Assembly (NCBI GenBank): GCA_964016885.1 | Contig: OZ024763.1 | Coordinates: 16,740,001 to 16,804,000, forward strand | From: Eledone cirrhosa | Lineage: Eukaryota | DNA length: 64,000 nt | Reading direction: 5' to 3' | In this document: one piece after another, positions 1 through 12,640 of the stretch | Layout: the number at the start of each line of letters is the position of its first letter | Numbering within the stretch: position 1 is the stretch's first letter | Made by a program: the position numbers and the translations under genes | Notes under the pieces: generated by a model | The model's input: the letters and a program-made list of their open reading frames with translations, nothing else | Database searches by the model: none | Told to the model about the DNA's origin: nothing

Positions 1-332
1 CACAGTCCACGCTGTAAATGTGGCCGTGTAGGCAACACGGTAAAAACCTCCCAGCCCCACACTGTAAATGTGGTTGGTGTTAGGAAGGGCATCCAGCTGT
101 AGAAAACCCGCCAGACAGTCCACGCTGTAATGTGGCCGTGTAGGCAACACGGTAAAAACCTCCCAGCCCCACACTGTAAATGTGGTTGGTGTTAGGAAGG
201 GCATCCAACTGTAGAAAACCCGCCAGACAGTCCTATGCGAGCAAGACAACAACTCTTGCCTCAAGTGGGAAAACCCCCGTCCAAACCCATGCAAGCGTGG
301 AACACGGACGCTAAACCTGATGATGATGATGA
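1..332 (+). mobile_element. SINE family A 3' part, with an internal ~116-bp tandem duplication and an (ATG)n tail
   Basis: GGTTGGTGTTAGGAAGGGCATCCAGCTGTAGAAA core occurs twice. It ends AACCCATGCAAGCGTGGAACACGGACGCTAAACC(TGA)n, like other copies in the window. Confidence 0.75.
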
Positions 333-787
333 TATATATATATATAGATGATGATATGATATGATGATGATGATGATGATGATATATGTATGTGTGTGTA
401 TATATATATATATATTGTATGTGTATGTATTTATATATCCGTATGTATGCAAGTATATACACGTGTGTGTGGGTATTGTGCTATGTATATATATATATAT
501 ATATGTGTGCGTGTGTGTGTATATCAAAACGTGTGTGTGCGTGTGTGTATGTATATATATATGTGTGTGTGTGTATATATGTGTGTGTGTGTATATATAT
601 ATATGTGTGTATGTAGTTTGTAAAAAGCAAAACAACTTAAAACACAAACCCCCCTCAATATTTTTTCATTTGTATTTTTTCATCTCTTAAAACTAAACTA
701 TTATTATGATTGTGTGTGTGTATATATATATGTATCTTTTCATATATATATATATATATATTATATATAATATATATATATATATGT

Positions 788-1098
788 ACCCGATCTCCCA
801 TGGGTACAAGCTGAAGCATACAGACAATATGCCCCCACACCCTCCCAATGCAAGGTGGTCGTGGAGGTGCCACGGCAAAAAAGCACCCAGCCCACACTGT
901 AAAGTGGACGTGTAGGCGCCACGGAAAAAGCACCCAGCACTCACTGTAAATGAGGTTGGTGTTAGGAAGGGCATCCAGCTGTAGAAATCAAGCCAAATCA
1001 GTTCCTGTATCAGCTGACCAGACACTGCCCACAACAGGACAACCCGTCTAACCCATGCTAGCGTAGAAGAACGGACGTAAAACGGTGATGATGATGAT
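788..1098 (+). mobile_element. SINE family A, 5'-truncated copy
   Basis: Same body (GCACCCAGCACTCACTGTAAATGAGGTTGGTGTTAGGAAGGGCATCC) and tail (CCCGTCTAACCCATGCTAGC...GGACGTAAAACGGTGATG) as the copy at 26056-26576. Confidence 0.8.
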
Positions 1099-1166
1099 AT
1101 ATGTATATATGTATATATATATGTATATATTTGTGTATATATATATATATATATATACACATACAC

Positions 1167-1207
<41 letters not shown>

Positions 1208-1242
1208 TATATATATATCTGTATATATATATACACATTATG

Positions 1243-1274
<32 letters not shown>

Positions 1275-1289
1275 CACATTATATATGTA

Positions 1290-1996
1290 TGCAGTAGATG
1301 TACAGGGAAATTAGACAGTAGAAGTCGCATTGATAGACACATTTTTCAGATGCAGGAGGGCGCTATAGAAGTGGTGGATAGCTTCCGGTACCTAGGAGAT
1401 CAGATTAGCATGGGAGGAGGGTGTTCCGAAGCCATAGTATCTAGAATAAGGACGGGTTGGAAGAAGTTTAGGGAGCTGCTTCCTCTGTTGACGAAGAAGG
1501 GTTTCTTCCTGCATACGAAAGGCCGGTTATATGATGCCTGTGTGAGGAGCGCGATGCTGCATGGTAGTGAGACATGGGCAGCAACTGCAGAGGATATGTG
1601 ACGGCTGGTGAGAAATGAGGCAAGCATGCTCCGTTGGATGTGCAATGTCAATGTGCGTGAACGACCCAGCATGGATGTGTTGAGAGAGAAACTGTATCTG
1701 AGAGGGATGGTATATAGTGTGCTAGAGAGGAGACTGAGGTGGTATGGACATGTGATGCGCATGGAGGATGACCGATGGGTGAAGAAGTGCCAGGAAATCC
1801 CAGTTGAGGGAAGACGTGGTAGAGGTAGACCACGAAAAACATGGGCGGAGGTGGTGAGAACAGACCTCAGATCGCTGAAGTTCACGGTGGAGATGACGAA
1901 GGACCGTGACGAGTGGAGAGATGCTGTGCTGAATAAAACCCGTCCCACCCTTGCAAGCAGGGAAGAGCGGACGTAAAATGATGATGATGATGATGA
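1290..1996 (+). pseudogene. 5'-truncated RTE-clade non-LTR retrotransposon: C-terminal part of the reverse-transcriptase ORF with a (TGA)n tail
   Basis: ORFs 1101..1601 and 1608..1976 are in the same frame, split by one TGA. Motifs [37 protein letters not shown] and GRRGRGRPRKTW are typical of RTE ORF2. It ends in (ATG)n and sits within (TA)n. Confidence 0.92.
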
Positions 1997-2098
1997 TATA
2001 TATATACACAATATATATATATACACAATATATATATATATACACAATATACATATATATATACACAATATATATACCCACACACAATATATATATAT

Positions 2099-2130
<32 letters not shown>

Positions 2131-2145
2131 GATATAGATATATTA

Positions 2146-2207
<62 letters not shown>

Positions 2208-2486
2208 GTATATATACACACATAATATATATATATATATATATATATACACAATATATATATATATATACACAAGATATATATATACACAATATATATA
2301 TATTATATACACAATATATATATATATACACAATATATATATATATATACACTATATATATATATATACACAATATATATATATATATACTCAATATATA
2401 TATATATAGTGTATATATATATATATATATATATTGTGTATATATATATATATACACAATATATATATATATATATTTATATATAT

Positions 2487-2574
<88 letters not shown>
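1997..2574. repeat. (TA)n-based compound microsatellite with CACAA/TTGTG interruptions
   Basis: Direct reading of the sequence. Confidence 0.95.
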
Positions 2575-2576
<2 letters not shown>

Positions 2577-2660
2577 CTGGCAATTCAAGATTTGTTGAAG
2601 AATCCATGTAAATAATACCTGTGATTAACCACAACAAACAACAATTTATATAACACACAC

Positions 2661-2972
2661 TGGTGGTGGTGGTGGTGGTGATAGTACTGGTGGTGATGGT
2701 GGTGGTGGTGGTGGTGATAGTACTGGTGGTGATGGTGGTGGTGGTGGTGGTGATAGTACTGGTGGTGATGGTGGTGATGGTGGTGGTGGTGGTGGTGATG
2801 GTACTGGTGGTAATGATCATTGTGGTGGTGGTGTTGTGCTGGTAGTAGTGGTGGATATGGTTATGGTGGTGGTGGTGGTACTGGAGGCAGTTGAAGACGT
2901 GGTGGTGGTGGTGGTGGAGGTGGTTATGATGAAGATGTTTGCTGGTTGTGATTGTGGTGGCGGTGGTGGTAG

Positions 2973-3042
<70 letters not shown>

Positions 3043-3098
3043 GGTGGTGGTGGTGGTGGTGGTGGTGATGTTGGTGATACGGATGGTGTTGATGATAC
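2661..3098. repeat. (GGT)n/(GAT)n trinucleotide compound repeat
   Basis: Direct reading; includes about 33-bp GTGATAGTACTGGTGGTGATGGT units. Confidence 0.95.
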
Positions 3099-3279
3099 CT
3101 ACCTTAGCTCCAACTACATCACAAGACATTGGGGACTTTCTCAGGGTTGCTTTCTGCATATAACACATATAGTTAAACGTATGCTAACCTAGTGTTGTGA
3201 ACCAAAAGCAAATTTTAATTAATAGAAATTACAACTGTAATGAGGAAAGGAAAGGAAACTTTATTATTACTTGACATTA

Positions 3280-3695
3280 AGGGCAGTGAATTGGCTGTAT
3301 TGGTTGAGGGTCGGACGAAAGAGTTACGGCCCTTTACGGTCTGAGTTGAAATCCCGCCGAGGTTAACTCTGCCTTTCATCTTGATAAAGGAACGATCGAC
3401 TTTCGTCAAATTGGACCAAGGAAACAATGTTTCCATTGGTCTTTCCAGTTGCTAGTACTATCTATTGGTCGCAACTCCAGGTAGAAGGGGCAACGTGAAA
3501 TAAAGTGTCTTGCTCAAGGACATAACGCATCGCCCGGTCCGGGAATCGAACTCGCAACCTCACGATTGCGAATCCAGTTCTCTAACCACTCAGCCACATA
3601 CCTTCACTTTCATCCTTATGTGGTCGATAAAATAAAGTACCAGTAATATACTGGGATAATTGCTAGCTTTGTGCCAAAAGTAGAAACAATTATTA
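3280..3695 (+). mobile_element. SINE family B, interrupted by an opposite-strand tRNA-derived SINE at about 3390-3605
   Basis: Family B head (GGCAGTGAATTGGC...AAATCCCGCCGAGGTTAAC) breaks at CTTTCATC and resumes at 3607 (CTTTCATCCTTATGTGGTCGATAAAATAAAGTACC). The insert reads on the minus strand as TGGCTGAGTGG (A box) ... GAGTTCGATTCCC (B box) ... TCCTTGAGCAAGACAC. Confidence 0.75.
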
Positions 3696-3711
3696 ATTGT
3701 TATTAATTCTA

Positions 3712-3990
3712 TGACCGGGTGATGTGTTGTTTCCTTGAGCAAGACACTTTATTTCACATTGGTCCAGTTTACTCAGCTGTAGAAATGAGATGATAGGGAC
3801 TGGGGTCCCTATCATTCCACTGCAAAGTGGTCGTGGAGGTGCCCCGGCAAAAAAGCACCCAGCACTCACTGTAAATGAGGTTGGTGTTAGGAAGGGCATC
3901 CAGCTGTAGAAATCAAGCCAGAATCAGTTCCCGTCCCACCCTTGCAAGCAGGGAAAAAGCGGACGTAAAATGAAATGATGAATGATGATT
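3712..3990 (+). mobile_element. SINE family A, head-truncated, with RTE-type tail
   Basis: Matches 39896-40234. The tail CCCGTCCCACCCTTGCAAGCAGGGAAAAAGCGGACGTAAAATGA matches the LINE end at 1939-1981. Confidence 0.85.
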
Positions 3991-4660
3991 GACAATTATT
4001 GCCAAGAAATGAGAGAACTACAAACTGTTATCATCTTGTACCACATGAACTGTGTTAGTAAGACATTCTTGGACAATATGAAACAGTACTATGATTGATT
4101 TATTCTAAAATTACAGTCTTTACTCTAATGCTGCAAATATTCTCAATAATCTGGACTTTAGTAAAGATATTATAAACTTTTGAGTTAATACCTCTCTAAG
4201 ACAATGACACTGGATCGAGTCCTTTGGCGCTATGCAGTTGTACAGAAGACCTGACTGCCATTGCACACAATCCTACAGTCAGTAGGCACCTCTTAACTCA
4301 ATGTACACCCCACCGCCACACCCTACCCCATCCTCCCTCTCCAGTTCTGTCCACTGTGTTGATGACACAACAATCCACACTGTAAGGTGGCTGTGTAGGA
4401 GACACAGTGAAAAGGCTCCCAGTCCACACTGTAAATGTGGTTGGTGTTAGGAAGGGCATCCAGCTGTAAAAAAAACCTGCCAGAGACGCTTCCGTGTGAG
4501 TGAGACACGGTCTCCCGACCATTCCCGCATCAAATGGAACAAAAGCGTCTAACCCGTGCTAGCATGGAAGATAGATGTTAAACGATGATGATGATGATGA
4601 AACCACATTAACAAGACATTCTTGAAAAGTACAAAACAACACTATGACTATATCACATTA

Positions 4661-4848
4661 AATAATTGTTTCTACTTTTGGCACAAGGCCAGCAATTACC
4701 CAGTGTATTACTGGTACTTTATTTTATCGACCCCGTAAGGATGAAAGGCAAAGTTAACCTCGGCGGGATTTGAACTCAGAATGGCAAGAGCCGTAACTCT
4801 ATGCGTCAAAGCATGGCGTCCAACCCCCTACCAATACTGCCAATCCAA
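4661..4848 (-). mobile_element. SINE family B (tRNA-derived)
   Basis: Reverse complement of the family B consensus: TTGGCAGTAT...GAGTTCAAATCCCGCCGAGGTTAACTTTGCCTTTCATCCTTACGGGGTCGATAAAATAAAGTACC...AAGTAGAAACAATTATT. Confidence 0.85.
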
Positions 4849-4931
4849 ATAATGAAAGTCTTTACTCTAATACTACATTTTTTTAATTACAATCTGTCCA
4901 ATAGTAAAGATACTAAACATATTTTTATTTA

Positions 4932-5099
4932 CCGTATTTCCCGGCATTGAAGACACTGCTTTTTTCCTAAAATAAGTCTCAAAAATCTACCATGCGTCCT
5001 GGCGGGCGAATGTTGTTTATTATTTTTTTTCAAATTTTGGGGTGTCAAAATTAGGGTGCATCCTCGAGGATGAAGCATCTTCGGTGCCAGGAAATACGG
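4932..5099. mobile_element. pogo/Tigger-like (Tc1-mariner superfamily) MITE
   Basis: TIRs CCGTATTTCCCGGCATTGAAGA / TCTTCGGTGCCAGGAAATACGG, flanked by TA on both sides (4930-4931 and 5100-5101). Confidence 0.85.
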
Positions 5100-5579
5100 T
5101 AACAAATCACATGTGACCACATTAACAAGACATTCTTGAAAGTAGAAAACAACACTATGGCTGTATTACATTAAACATTATAGTATTTACTCTAATACTA
5201 CAAATGTTTCCAACAATCTATCCATTAGTAAAGATATACATTTTTTGAACTTACAAATCATATGAAACTACATTAACAATTCTTGAAAAGTCCAAAACAA
5301 CACTATGACTGCATAACATTAAATATTAAACTCTTTACTCTAACACTACAAATTTCCACATCATTCAATTCACTAGTAAAGATTTGAATTAATATACTAC
5401 ATAATATACTACTATAAACATTTGAATTAATATACTACATAATATACTACTACAAACATTTGAATTAATATACTACATCAAAGACTTTCTTAAAAGTGCA
5501 AAACAGCACTATGACTGCATTACATTAGATGTTATAGTTTTTACTCTGACACTGCAGATGTTCTCAAGAATCTGTCTAT

Positions 5580-6097
5580 TAATAATTGTTTCTACTTTTT
5601 GGCACAATTACCCCAGTGCATTACTGGTACTTTATTTTATCGACCCCCCGTAAGGATGAAAGGCAAAGTCAACCTCGGCGGGATTTGAACTCAGAATGGC
5701 AAGGGCCGTAACTCTATGCGTCAAAGCATGGCGTCCGACCCTCTACCGATACTGCCGATTCAGTCTATTAATAATAATTGTTTCTACGTTAGGCACTAGG
5801 CCAGCAATTACCCCAGTGCATTACTGGTACTTTATTTTATTGACCCCATAAGCATGAAATAAAGTACCAGTAATGCAGTCTATTAATAATAATGATTTCT
5901 AGTATAGGCACAAGGCCAACAATTTTGGGGGAGGGTAAAGTAGATTAAATCAACCCCAGTGCATTACTGGTACTTTATATTATCGACCCTGTAAGGATGA
6001 AAGGCAAAGTTAACCTCAACGGGATTTGAACTCAGATCATAAAATGCCATAACTCTATGCTACAAAGCATGGCATCTGACGCTCTACTGATACTGCC

Positions 6098-6098
<1 letters not shown>
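5580..6098 (-). mobile_element. Cluster of three tandem SINE family B copies
   Basis: Copies start at about 5581, 5772 (truncated) and 5888. CAGTCTATTAATAAT recurs at the junctions. Confidence 0.8.
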
Positions 6099-6165
<67 letters not shown>

Positions 6166-6240
6166 TATCTATCCAAGAAAAACTTGAACCGTTAGAAGTC
6201 TGGATGTTAGCTTTAGCATATTAACCGGCAGACTAACACC

Positions 6241-6555
6241 CAGAATAATTGTAACTGTAGATCAAATAGAACCTGCCCTTTAGATAAAAAATGCTTAACC
6301 AAGGATATCATATACTCATGTACAGTCACAACTAACAACTCTTCTGAAACCTATATAGGCTCTACTTCTAACTGCTTCAAAACTAGATACAATTCGCACC
6401 TCCACTCTTTCAAAAAACACAGTCTAGCCAACTCCACTTCACTATCTAGCTACATACACTATCTAAAAACTAAAAATAAACTATATACACTTAAATGGGA
6501 AATGGTAGGTAATGCAACATTGTACAAACCACCTAATAAATTTTGTAACCTCTGG
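6241..6555 (+). pseudogene. Penelope-like retroelement GIY-YIG endonuclease fragment (no start codon, so absent from the ORF track)
   Basis: Manual translation from 6241 is open: QNNCNCRSNRTCPLDKKCLTKDIIYSCTVTTNNSSETYIGSTSNCFKTRYNSHLHSFKKHSLANSTSLSSYIHYLKTKNKLYTLKWEMVGNATLYKPPNKFCNL. It has the Cys linker CNCR..CPL..CL, IIY...YIG, and the catalytic R..H. Confidence 0.85.
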
Positions 6556-7180
6556 TGTCTTTTGATAGGAGAACTGGTCCCCAGACCACCCTGGTGATAT
6601 TTGAATTTACCAGGGATTCAGTCATACAATGACCCAGAACTTACCAGGAGTCTGATATGGTAATAAGACCCTTATTAGTAATAAGACCCTTATACATATA
6701 ATTGATTTTGAAGTCTGACTCTCCTTATAGATTGTTCAGGTGTGGCACTCCATATTGGATTGTAATCATCATGATATGAACTCCTTTATTACTTTTTAAT
6801 AGACTGCACTCTAATTTATAGATAAGAAACCTAATTTAATTTATATGTGAGATGGGAGTTTATGTATTGCTTGATGGCCAGACTAGTGTCTTTATATGAG
6901 AGATTTGATCTCTGGACCACCCTGGAGATATTTAAATTTGCCAAGGATTCAGACATACAATGACCCAGAGCTTACCGGGAGTCATATATAATAATAATAA
7001 GACCCTGCCAGGTTCTGCGGGTGGACTACACTTACAAAGAACATTGATTTGGAGGTCTGACTCTTCTTATAGAATGTTCAGGTATGACACTCGTTAATGG
7101 AAGGTAATCATCCTGATATATACACCTTTAGTACTTCTTAATAGACTACACTGTAACCTTTAGATAAGTAACCTAATCTA
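6555..7180. repeat. Diverged direct duplication of about 331 bp
   Basis: GACCACCCTGG, CATACAATGACCCAGA, GTCTGACTCT and TAGATAAG.AACCTAAT each occur twice, about 330-340 bp apart. Confidence 0.75.
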
Positions 7181-7789
7181 GAAAGTAGTTATAACAGCAT
7201 ATGATAGGCACTTATTTGAAACACCATTAGTGTATTTTAGGATAATAAATTTAACTATGAAAACCAGCTACTTACCTCCCCTTACGCATTAACTCCCCTT
7301 GGTCACACACACACTTCCAGAATATAATATCATCTCACAAAACTAAACAACATGATCTATTAATTAAGAATCGACAAGATATGGTTTATAACTTGGTTCT
7401 ATGCCGAATCATCGTGGATTGTGTGATAGACCTGTAGTCTATATATTGCGTTTCATGGATTATGTGAGTGGTGGTGTGCGCGAAGACAGTGGTACTGTTT
7501 TGACTATGTTATAATATGTTTTATAATATGTTTGATATTTTTGATATTTTGGTGTTTCTCTACATTCGGGATTGTATATCATACAGGTGTATGCGAAAAA
7601 ATGATTTAACAATACAGCCCACATAATACTATTGATTGCCTGCTTTAACTGCCTGATCCTACAAGTAACAATCTGCCGCACTCTAATCCTGTATAAATAA
7701 GACACGCGTGCATGCTACACGTGAGATTGTTTCATACACTGACTACTCTAAACTTTCTTCTTGCTTTATCTTCATAAACTGCCAATGTT

Positions 7790-7898
7790 TCATTTTTATT
7801 TTTATTTTATTTTTATTTTTATTTTTATTTTTATTTTTATTTTTATTTTTATTTTTATTTTTATTTTTATTTTTATTTTTATTTTTAATCTTTATTTT
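7790..7898. repeat. (TTTTTA)n hexanucleotide microsatellite
   Basis: Direct reading. Confidence 0.95.
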
Positions 7899-7966
7899 TA
7901 TCCTTTAACCTTTATATGTAAATTGCCATGCTATATCATATGATGGATGTCATCCTACTGTGGGTC

Positions 7967-7967
7967 A

Positions 7968-7998
<31 letters not shown>

Positions 7999-8249
7999 AA
8001 AGTATATATATATTATATATATATAAAGTATATATATATATATATAAATATACTTTATATATATATACTTTATATAATATATATATATATCTATATATAT
8101 ATATATAATATATATATATATACTTTATATTTATATAATATATATATATATCTATATATATATATATAATATATATATATATACTTTATATATATATAAT
8201 ATATATATATACTTTATATATATATAATATATATATATAGTTTATATAT

Positions 8250-8285
<36 letters not shown>

Positions 8286-8349
8286 CTTTATATATATATA
8301 ATATATATATATATATATCTATATATATATATATATATATATATACTTT

Positions 8350-8396
<47 letters not shown>

Positions 8397-8489
8397 TATA
8401 TATACTTTATATATATATAATATATATATATATACTTTATATATATATATATACTTTATATATATATAATATATATATATACTTTATAT

Positions 8490-8521
<32 letters not shown>

Positions 8522-8525
8522 CTTT

Positions 8526-8559
<34 letters not shown>

Positions 8560-8586
8560 CTTTATATATATATAATATATATATAT

Positions 8587-8618
<32 letters not shown>

Positions 8619-8692
8619 CTTTATTTATATATACTTTATATATATATAATATATATATATATACTTTATATATATAAAATATATATATATAT
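7967..8692. repeat. (TA)n tract with ACTTT interruptions
   Basis: Direct reading. Confidence 0.95.
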
Positions 8693-8828
8693 TAAAATAG
8701 CGGCGATGAATTAGTTTTGCGAGGTTTTTTATATGAAATCGTGTGTCAAAACAAATATTGTTATACTTGGGGAGGGTCATATTTGTGTAATATTGCCAGA
8801 ATTAATAACAGAACACACTCATATACTT

Positions 8829-8862
<34 letters not shown>

Positions 8863-8951
8863 TTAAAAAATATATATATATATATATACTTTATATATAT
8901 AAAAATATATATATATATACTTTACATATATAAAATATATATATATACTTT

Positions 8952-8995
<44 letters not shown>

Positions 8996-9034
8996 TTAAA
9001 TAACTCTAGAAAAAAGCTTTTCCAAGCCGTGTAA

Positions 9035-9631
9035 TATAATTGAATAAACAAGAGAGATGAACACTAATATAAACATACATGTGTTCGAATTGTAAGGACT
9101 AGGTTTGCTAGGGTGAAAAAATACTAACTACAGCAATATGGGTTGTCAGACTTAATTTTAAGTTGTAAATTACCTGGTAATGACTAGAAACGGCATTGCC
9201 TTCGCTTAACACTTTAGTGTTCAAACCGGCCAGAATTCTCTACCCCTTTCTGTTGAAACCGGCTTTAACCGGTTGCTCAAACTGATGTTAAGGTATTGTT
9301 TACAAAATAAATAATATCGAAATCTCATAGATTCGATATTATGTGACATAATTATGTGAGGTAAAGCCTTTTCCGTTTAAATATAATAGTATATATAGAG
9401 TAATGTGAATGCTAAAGGGTTAATAAGATGTTGCGAAACAGTTTCCAAAACTGTCTAGTTGTTACCAGGCAATTGCCCGATATTTGTCTGTTATTTTTCT
9501 TCATTTACTACTTAAAATTAAGTCTGACAACCCATATTGCTGTAGTTAGTAGTTTTTCACCCTAGCAAACCTAGTCCTTACAATTCGAACACATGTATGT
9601 TTATATTAGTGTTCATCTCTCTTGTTTATTC

Positions 9632-9638
<7 letters not shown>
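9035..9638. repeat. Long inverted repeat (PLE pLTR-like fold-back) with a MITE in its loop
   Basis: 9035-9162 is the near-perfect reverse complement of 9511-9638. Inner arms 9167-9205 and 9433-9475 also pair. Confidence 0.9.
9210..9419 (+). mobile_element. piggyBac-like MITE, family 1
   Basis: TTAA flanks at 9206-9209 and 9420-9423; ends CACTTTAGTGTTCA...TGAATGCTAAAGGG. Homologous to 25709-25929 and 51512-51729. Confidence 0.8.
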
Positions 9639-9689
<51 letters not shown>

Positions 9690-9771
9690 TATAAACTCTT
9701 GAATTAACAAACCGAGTTTTTGATGGGTTGGTATTGTAGGGGTTAAAGTTTGTGCAAAACATAATAGCAAC

Positions 9772-9805
<34 letters not shown>

Positions 9806-10084
9806 TCAACAATAATAATAAATATGATAAGAATAATGATGATAATAATAATAATAATGATTTTATATATTGCCTTAGATAGAATCTTAAGATCAAACAT
9901 TTTCATTATTAAGAATAGACACCTTTAAATAGGAAAATCAATGATCATAGAAATTCAGAAAAAAAAAAATCAATATGGCCAGCCTAAGTTGGTGATCATT
10001 CAGCCATTTTAGATACCTAAAACATATGAATGGTAACTTGACATTTCATATTTTGTGGGCAAACTGGTGTTGTATTTTAACTGT

Positions 10085-10666
10085 GTATCTCTGTATGGGT
10101 GTATGGGTGTGTGTCTGTGTATGTATTGATGTATGTATGTATGTATGTGTGTTTTTGCACGTGCGTGTGTGTCTGCATTGATGTATGTATGTGTGTGTTC
10201 ATGTGTGTGTGTGTATATGATATGTGTGTGTCTGCATTGATGTACGTGTGTGTGTATATATATATATGTGTGTCTGCATTGATGTATGTATGTGTGTGTT
10301 CGTGTGTGTGTATATATATATGATATGTGTGTGTCTGCATTTATGTATGTGTGTGTTCATGTGTGTATGTGTATGTGAGTGTGTGTGTATATATATATGT
10401 GTGTGTCTGCATTGATGTATGTATGTGTGGGTTCATGTGTGTATGTGTGTGTCTGCATTGATGTATGTATGTGTGTGTGTATATATATGATATGTGTGTG
10501 TCTGCATTGATGTATGTATGTGTTCATGTATGTGTGTGTGTGTGTGTGTATGTGTGTGTGTGTGTGTGTGTGTATATGATGTGTGTGTCTGCATTGATGT
10601 ATGTGTGTGTGTGTGTGTGTGTGTATGTATATGTGTGTGTCTGCATTGATGTATGTATGTGGGTGT

Positions 10667-10703
<37 letters not shown>

Positions 10704-11153
10704 ATATGTGTGTGTCTGCATTGATGTATGTATGTGTGTGTTCATGTGTGTATGTGTATATATATGATGTGTGTGTGTCTGCATTGATGTATGTATGTGT
10801 GTGTTCATGTGTGTGTGTATGTGTGTGTGTGTGTGTATATATATATGTGTGTGTGTCTGCATTGATATATGTATGTGTGTGTTCATGTGTGTATGCGTGT
10901 ATGTATATATATGATATATGCCTGTATATATGACATATATGTGTGTGTATGTGTGTGTGTATATATGCGTGTGCGTGTATATAAGATATATGTATGTATA
11001 TATATATATATATTTCTGCATATAATTGTGTGTGTGTATATTTGTATATATATGTGTGTATGTGCGTGTGTATATATGTATATACATATATGTGTGTGTG
11101 TGTATAGTATGTATATATATATATGTGTGTGTGTGAATATATATATGTATGTG

Positions 11154-11191
<38 letters not shown>

Positions 11192-11295
11192 GATGTGTGT
11201 GTGTATATATGTATATAGATGTGTGTGTGTGTATATATATGTATATATATACATCAATATGTATATATATACATCAATATGTATATATATATACA
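10085..11295. repeat. (TG)n/(TA)n region with a recurring GTCTGCATTGATGTATG minisatellite core
   Basis: The core recurs about 13 times between 10170 and 10870, separated by variable (TG)n. Confidence 0.9.
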
Positions 11296-11300
11296 CCAAT

Positions 11301-11910
11301 ATGTCAGGTCACCAGTTGGTGCTACTGGTAACATGTATTCCATTACAACCTGTCCCATGGTCGGGTCGTTGGCGACTAAACTGCCAACCCCACCAAGGTT
11401 TCTCGGTGAGGAGGGTGACTTTGGACATCCTGCAGGACTAAAAACAAAACCTGTCAAAGGGCAAAGGAGCTCTTAAGAGTCAATGGTCATCCAAAATCAC
11501 TGGGAGAGATGACCCCTTAGCCTTTGTCAAGGCAGAATTCTAGGAGAAGGAAAACTATGATATAACACCTGCAACCCTGATGGTATCCAATGATGTTGAC
11601 TTGTTCTTCTTTTTGGTAAATATCATCTTGGTTAAGAGAGTGGGACTGGCTTTGTGCAGTGCCTTTGCTCACTATAAAAGCTTCACGGCACAGGCATTGC
11701 TTTATATCTGGAGATCTCTCTGCACTTGTCGTCACATGGTACCATGGGCCCAGCACTATGTGTCAATAGTTGTCACAAGTGTAGTGTTTGTACCAGAGTT
11801 TTCAAGTCGCTGGCTGGACTAAAAAGTCACACTCGTTCAGCGCATCGGTAGGGGTTCTCCTACATGGATATAAAGTAGTGGCCGTACTCGAAAACGAGTT
11901 GGCAGCCACC
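11301..11910 (+). mobile_element. Probable RTE-related 5'UTR-like or non-autonomous retroelement fragment
   Basis: Higher-GC island between (TA)n tracts. It contains CTAGGAGAAGGAAAACT, a motif I recall from RTE 5' regions. No coding support. Confidence 0.35.
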
Positions 11911-12351
11911 ATATATATACATCAATCATAGATTACATTGTTGGTCGCTATTTAAAAAAAAAAATGTATGTATATATATATACACACACACACATACACA
12001 CACACTCACATACACACACATATATATATATATATATGCATATATTAAACAATGGCCAAGCAGGCAATCTCTGATTTGTAAGAGCCCCCCCCCCCCACCA
12101 CCACCACCACCACCACCCCTACCCCCAATCTCGTTTCATCAATAGGTTTTCTTACAATAACTTTTTTCACGAAGTAAATCTATTCCATCCCCATCCCCAC
12201 CCCCGCCACGACCGATGAAACTTAAGGGTCAATATGTCTTGTGGTCCTGGCTGACAGGAAGGAGAGGACATTGCCCCCGGGAGGGTGACGAGGGAGGTGT
12301 GTGTGGTAGCAGCCACTCCACTGCACGAGGTTTGCACATGTGGTCTGGTGG

Positions 12352-12640
12352 GGCCAAACTCTGTCCCCTATAGTAATGAGTAGGGATGCGGTGTGGGAGG
12401 GGGGGGGGGAACTCTGTCCCCTATAGTAGTGAGTAGGGATGTGGTCTGGGGGGGAGGGGCCAACTCTGTCCCCTATTATAGTGAGTAGGGATGTGGTCTG
12501 GGGGGGGGGGCAACTCTGTCCCCAATAGTAGTGAGTAGGGATGTGGTCTGAGGGGGCCAACTCTGTCCCCTATAGTAGTGAGTAGGGATGTGGTCTGGGG
12601 CCAACTCTGTCCCTATTGCAGTGAGTAGTGATGTGGTCTC
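12352..12640. repeat. Minisatellite of about 6 units of 44-53 bp with a variable G-tract
   Basis: AACTCTGTCCCCTATAGTAGTGAGTAGGGATGTGGTCT(G)n at about 12357, 12410, 12462, 12512, 12559 and 12603. Confidence 0.9.

Larger units (their letters stand above)
4040..5580. repeat. Old degenerate tandem repeat (about 5 units of 140-200 bp) broken by SINE and MITE insertions
   Basis: Recurring CAAGACATTCTTGAAAAGT...AACAACACTATGACT...TTTACTCTAA...AGTAAAGAT near 4059, 4612, 5126, 5278 and 5480. Confidence 0.7.

Noticed and set aside
261-1297. Numerous YI/CV/HT-rich ORFs here and across the window
   Set aside because: Translations of (TA)n, (TG)n and (CA)n dinucleotide repeats.
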